Source of the DNA: Psammoneis japonica
Lineage: Eukaryota
Length of the DNA: 64,000 bases
Reading direction: 5' to 3'
Assembly (NCBI GenBank): GCA_008632985.1
Contig: QPGO01000010.1
Span: 248,001-312,000 of the forward strand
The notes beneath the pieces are model-generated. The model had not been told where the DNA came from. It was given only the letters and a program-made list of their open reading frames with translations, and searched no databases. The first letter of the stretch is position 1. Each line of letters begins with the position of its first letter. Of the stretch, positions 62,375 to 64,000 are shown piece by piece. The position numbers and the translations under genes were made by a program.

Positions 62375-64000
62375 ATGCATGCTTCATGAAAAAAAAAAAA
62401 ACAAGAAACAGCCATTCAGTGCAAGTGAAGCGTGCAATTGCATTGATGTTGACGTGTGTGTGTGTGTGATTTATTTCTGTTGTTGCAGTGAAAAGTGTGC
62501 AAAATGCTGCTGTGAGTTGAGCATCGTCCCACGCTCGACTCATCAAAGCTCTGCCTGGCAAGGAGGTGTGGAGAGTGGAGGCACACACAGGCAGAAAGCA
62601 GAAGCTGATCCAGATTCAATCACAAACAAGAAAATCACAAGCGCAAAAAGCATCAATGCACCACAGGACAATTGATGCTTGTCCAACAAAAAGCGGAGAA
62701 GACCCAAATGTGTGGGAGCGAGGCAGCTCGCTGTGAGCAGCCCCCCCCCCCCCCCCCCCCCTTGGAAACATCACTTGCACAAGATGGTGCGTTGAACGAC
62801 ATGCGCAATTTGCAGCAGATTGTGCCCCATTGTTGGCAAAACATCAGGTGCTCTTTGGCCCTTGTTGTGACAAAGCATGGGCTGCAGAGATGCCAGCAAG
62901 AACATCCTGCTGTTGCTGAGAGCAGGCACACTGGCATGACTGCATGTCAGCTGCAAGTGAGCCTCGTGCATGTCAAAAACATCAAGCACTCAACTGCCCC
63001 CCAAATCATGCCCAGTGAGCAAACACTTTTGCTGCACAACATTGTGCGCTGTGAATGCAGCACCTGCACAAAGCTCTCTTTGTTTGTGAATGAAAATTCC
63101 TGGCGTGTGCACCCGAAGTGAGCCCACACAACTCATGTGACAAAACACTGTGCAGCAAAGTGTGAGCAGCAAAATCTTGGTCTCAGCCTCTGCCTTTGCC
63201 ATTTTTTGCAACCAAAGCTTCTGCTCAGCTTTGTGTGCCCCTGGGCATTTGGCTTTTTAAGACACACTGCCTTGCACAGCACCAATGGAGCAGCAATGGC
63301 AACTGGGCCTCTGCAATCAAACTTGCAGGCATGATGGAATCTGGCAAACAAATGAGCCATGCAGCTGTCTGCCTGAGAGCCACTGCCCTGCAAAATGCAC
63401 TCATGCACTGACAGCACTCCAAGCCAGCACCACCCAAAATGTTGCTTCTCTTAGAAACATTGCAGCAAGTGCAATTTGCACAAAATTGTCATTTTTTGTT
63501 CTCAACAACAGCTGCAAGTTGTGCATCAAAAGAGCAAAACACACAATGATGAAAGTGGGGCTCCTTTCTTTACAAAGTGAGGGGCAAGTGACACACTTTT
63601 TGAAGAGAAGAAGCACAAAAGCATGATGGCTGCCTGGCTGATGAATCATGTGCTTCTCTGTTTCTTTCATGTTCCCAACAAGCAGCTGCAACAAGGTTGT
63701 TGATGAAAACCAAACAGAGATGGGGGTGGACATGGCCCCAGCCAGGGCACCATGTTTCAAGCTGTGTGGTGGGCAGGGAAGGTGGGAAAAAGGGAAGAAC
63801 TTGGGGGCAACATTTCAAAAAAGGGGGGAAGTCATGTTTCATCTGGTGCAAGATGAAGGTCTTGGTTCCTTGGCACAAGCATGCTGGAGCATTGCACCAT
63901 TGAAATGCTGGCTGATGCAACATGCTCTTGCACTTGTTGCAGCAGGAGCACCCCCACTCCCTGGTGCATCCCAACAAAGGTTTTCCACATTTTTTCTGGG
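62375..64000. other. TpA- and CpG-depleted hypermutated block 6 (runs off the window end)
   Basis: TA-rich sequence at 62200-62300 gives way abruptly to sequence with almost no TA and enriched TG/CA. Confidence 0.92.

Noticed and set aside
1..64000. An enzyme in this window responsible for the TpA mutations
   Set aside because: No deaminase (HxE...PCxxC), DNA methyltransferase or TET/JBP motif was recognised. The ERI1, EEP and zinc-knuckle genes have ordinary RNA-metabolism explanations.

Overview
Eukaryotic nuclear DNA, most likely from a diatom (short GT-AG introns, H2A.X, diatom-type hypothetical families, HA-domain relic). About 20 ordinary genes are present: H2A.X, an IQ-motif protein, a Cys-loop ligand-gated ion channel, an ERI1-family exonuclease, an EF-hand protein, a bacterial-like SnoaL protein, an MscS-like channel, a CCR4-like EEP nuclease, a CCHC zinc-knuckle protein, an SVIP-like protein, two bulb-type-lectin-like paralogs and IMPACT. 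Several carry single-base frameshifts that look like assembly errors. The striking feature is six sharply bounded blocks (about 24 kb in total) in which TpA is almost absent, CpG is depleted and TpG/CpA is enriched. The blocks contain decayed copies of host genes (eEFSec, PP2C, HA domain, B-lectin) whose substitutions fit CG->TG/CA and, unusually, TA->TG/CA. The few surviving TpA sites are mostly in a YTAR context. This points to a region-targeted A->G (T->C) hypermutation process with a 5'-TAY preference, opposite in direction to fungal RIP. No candidate enzyme is visible in the window. All dinucleotide counts were made by eye.
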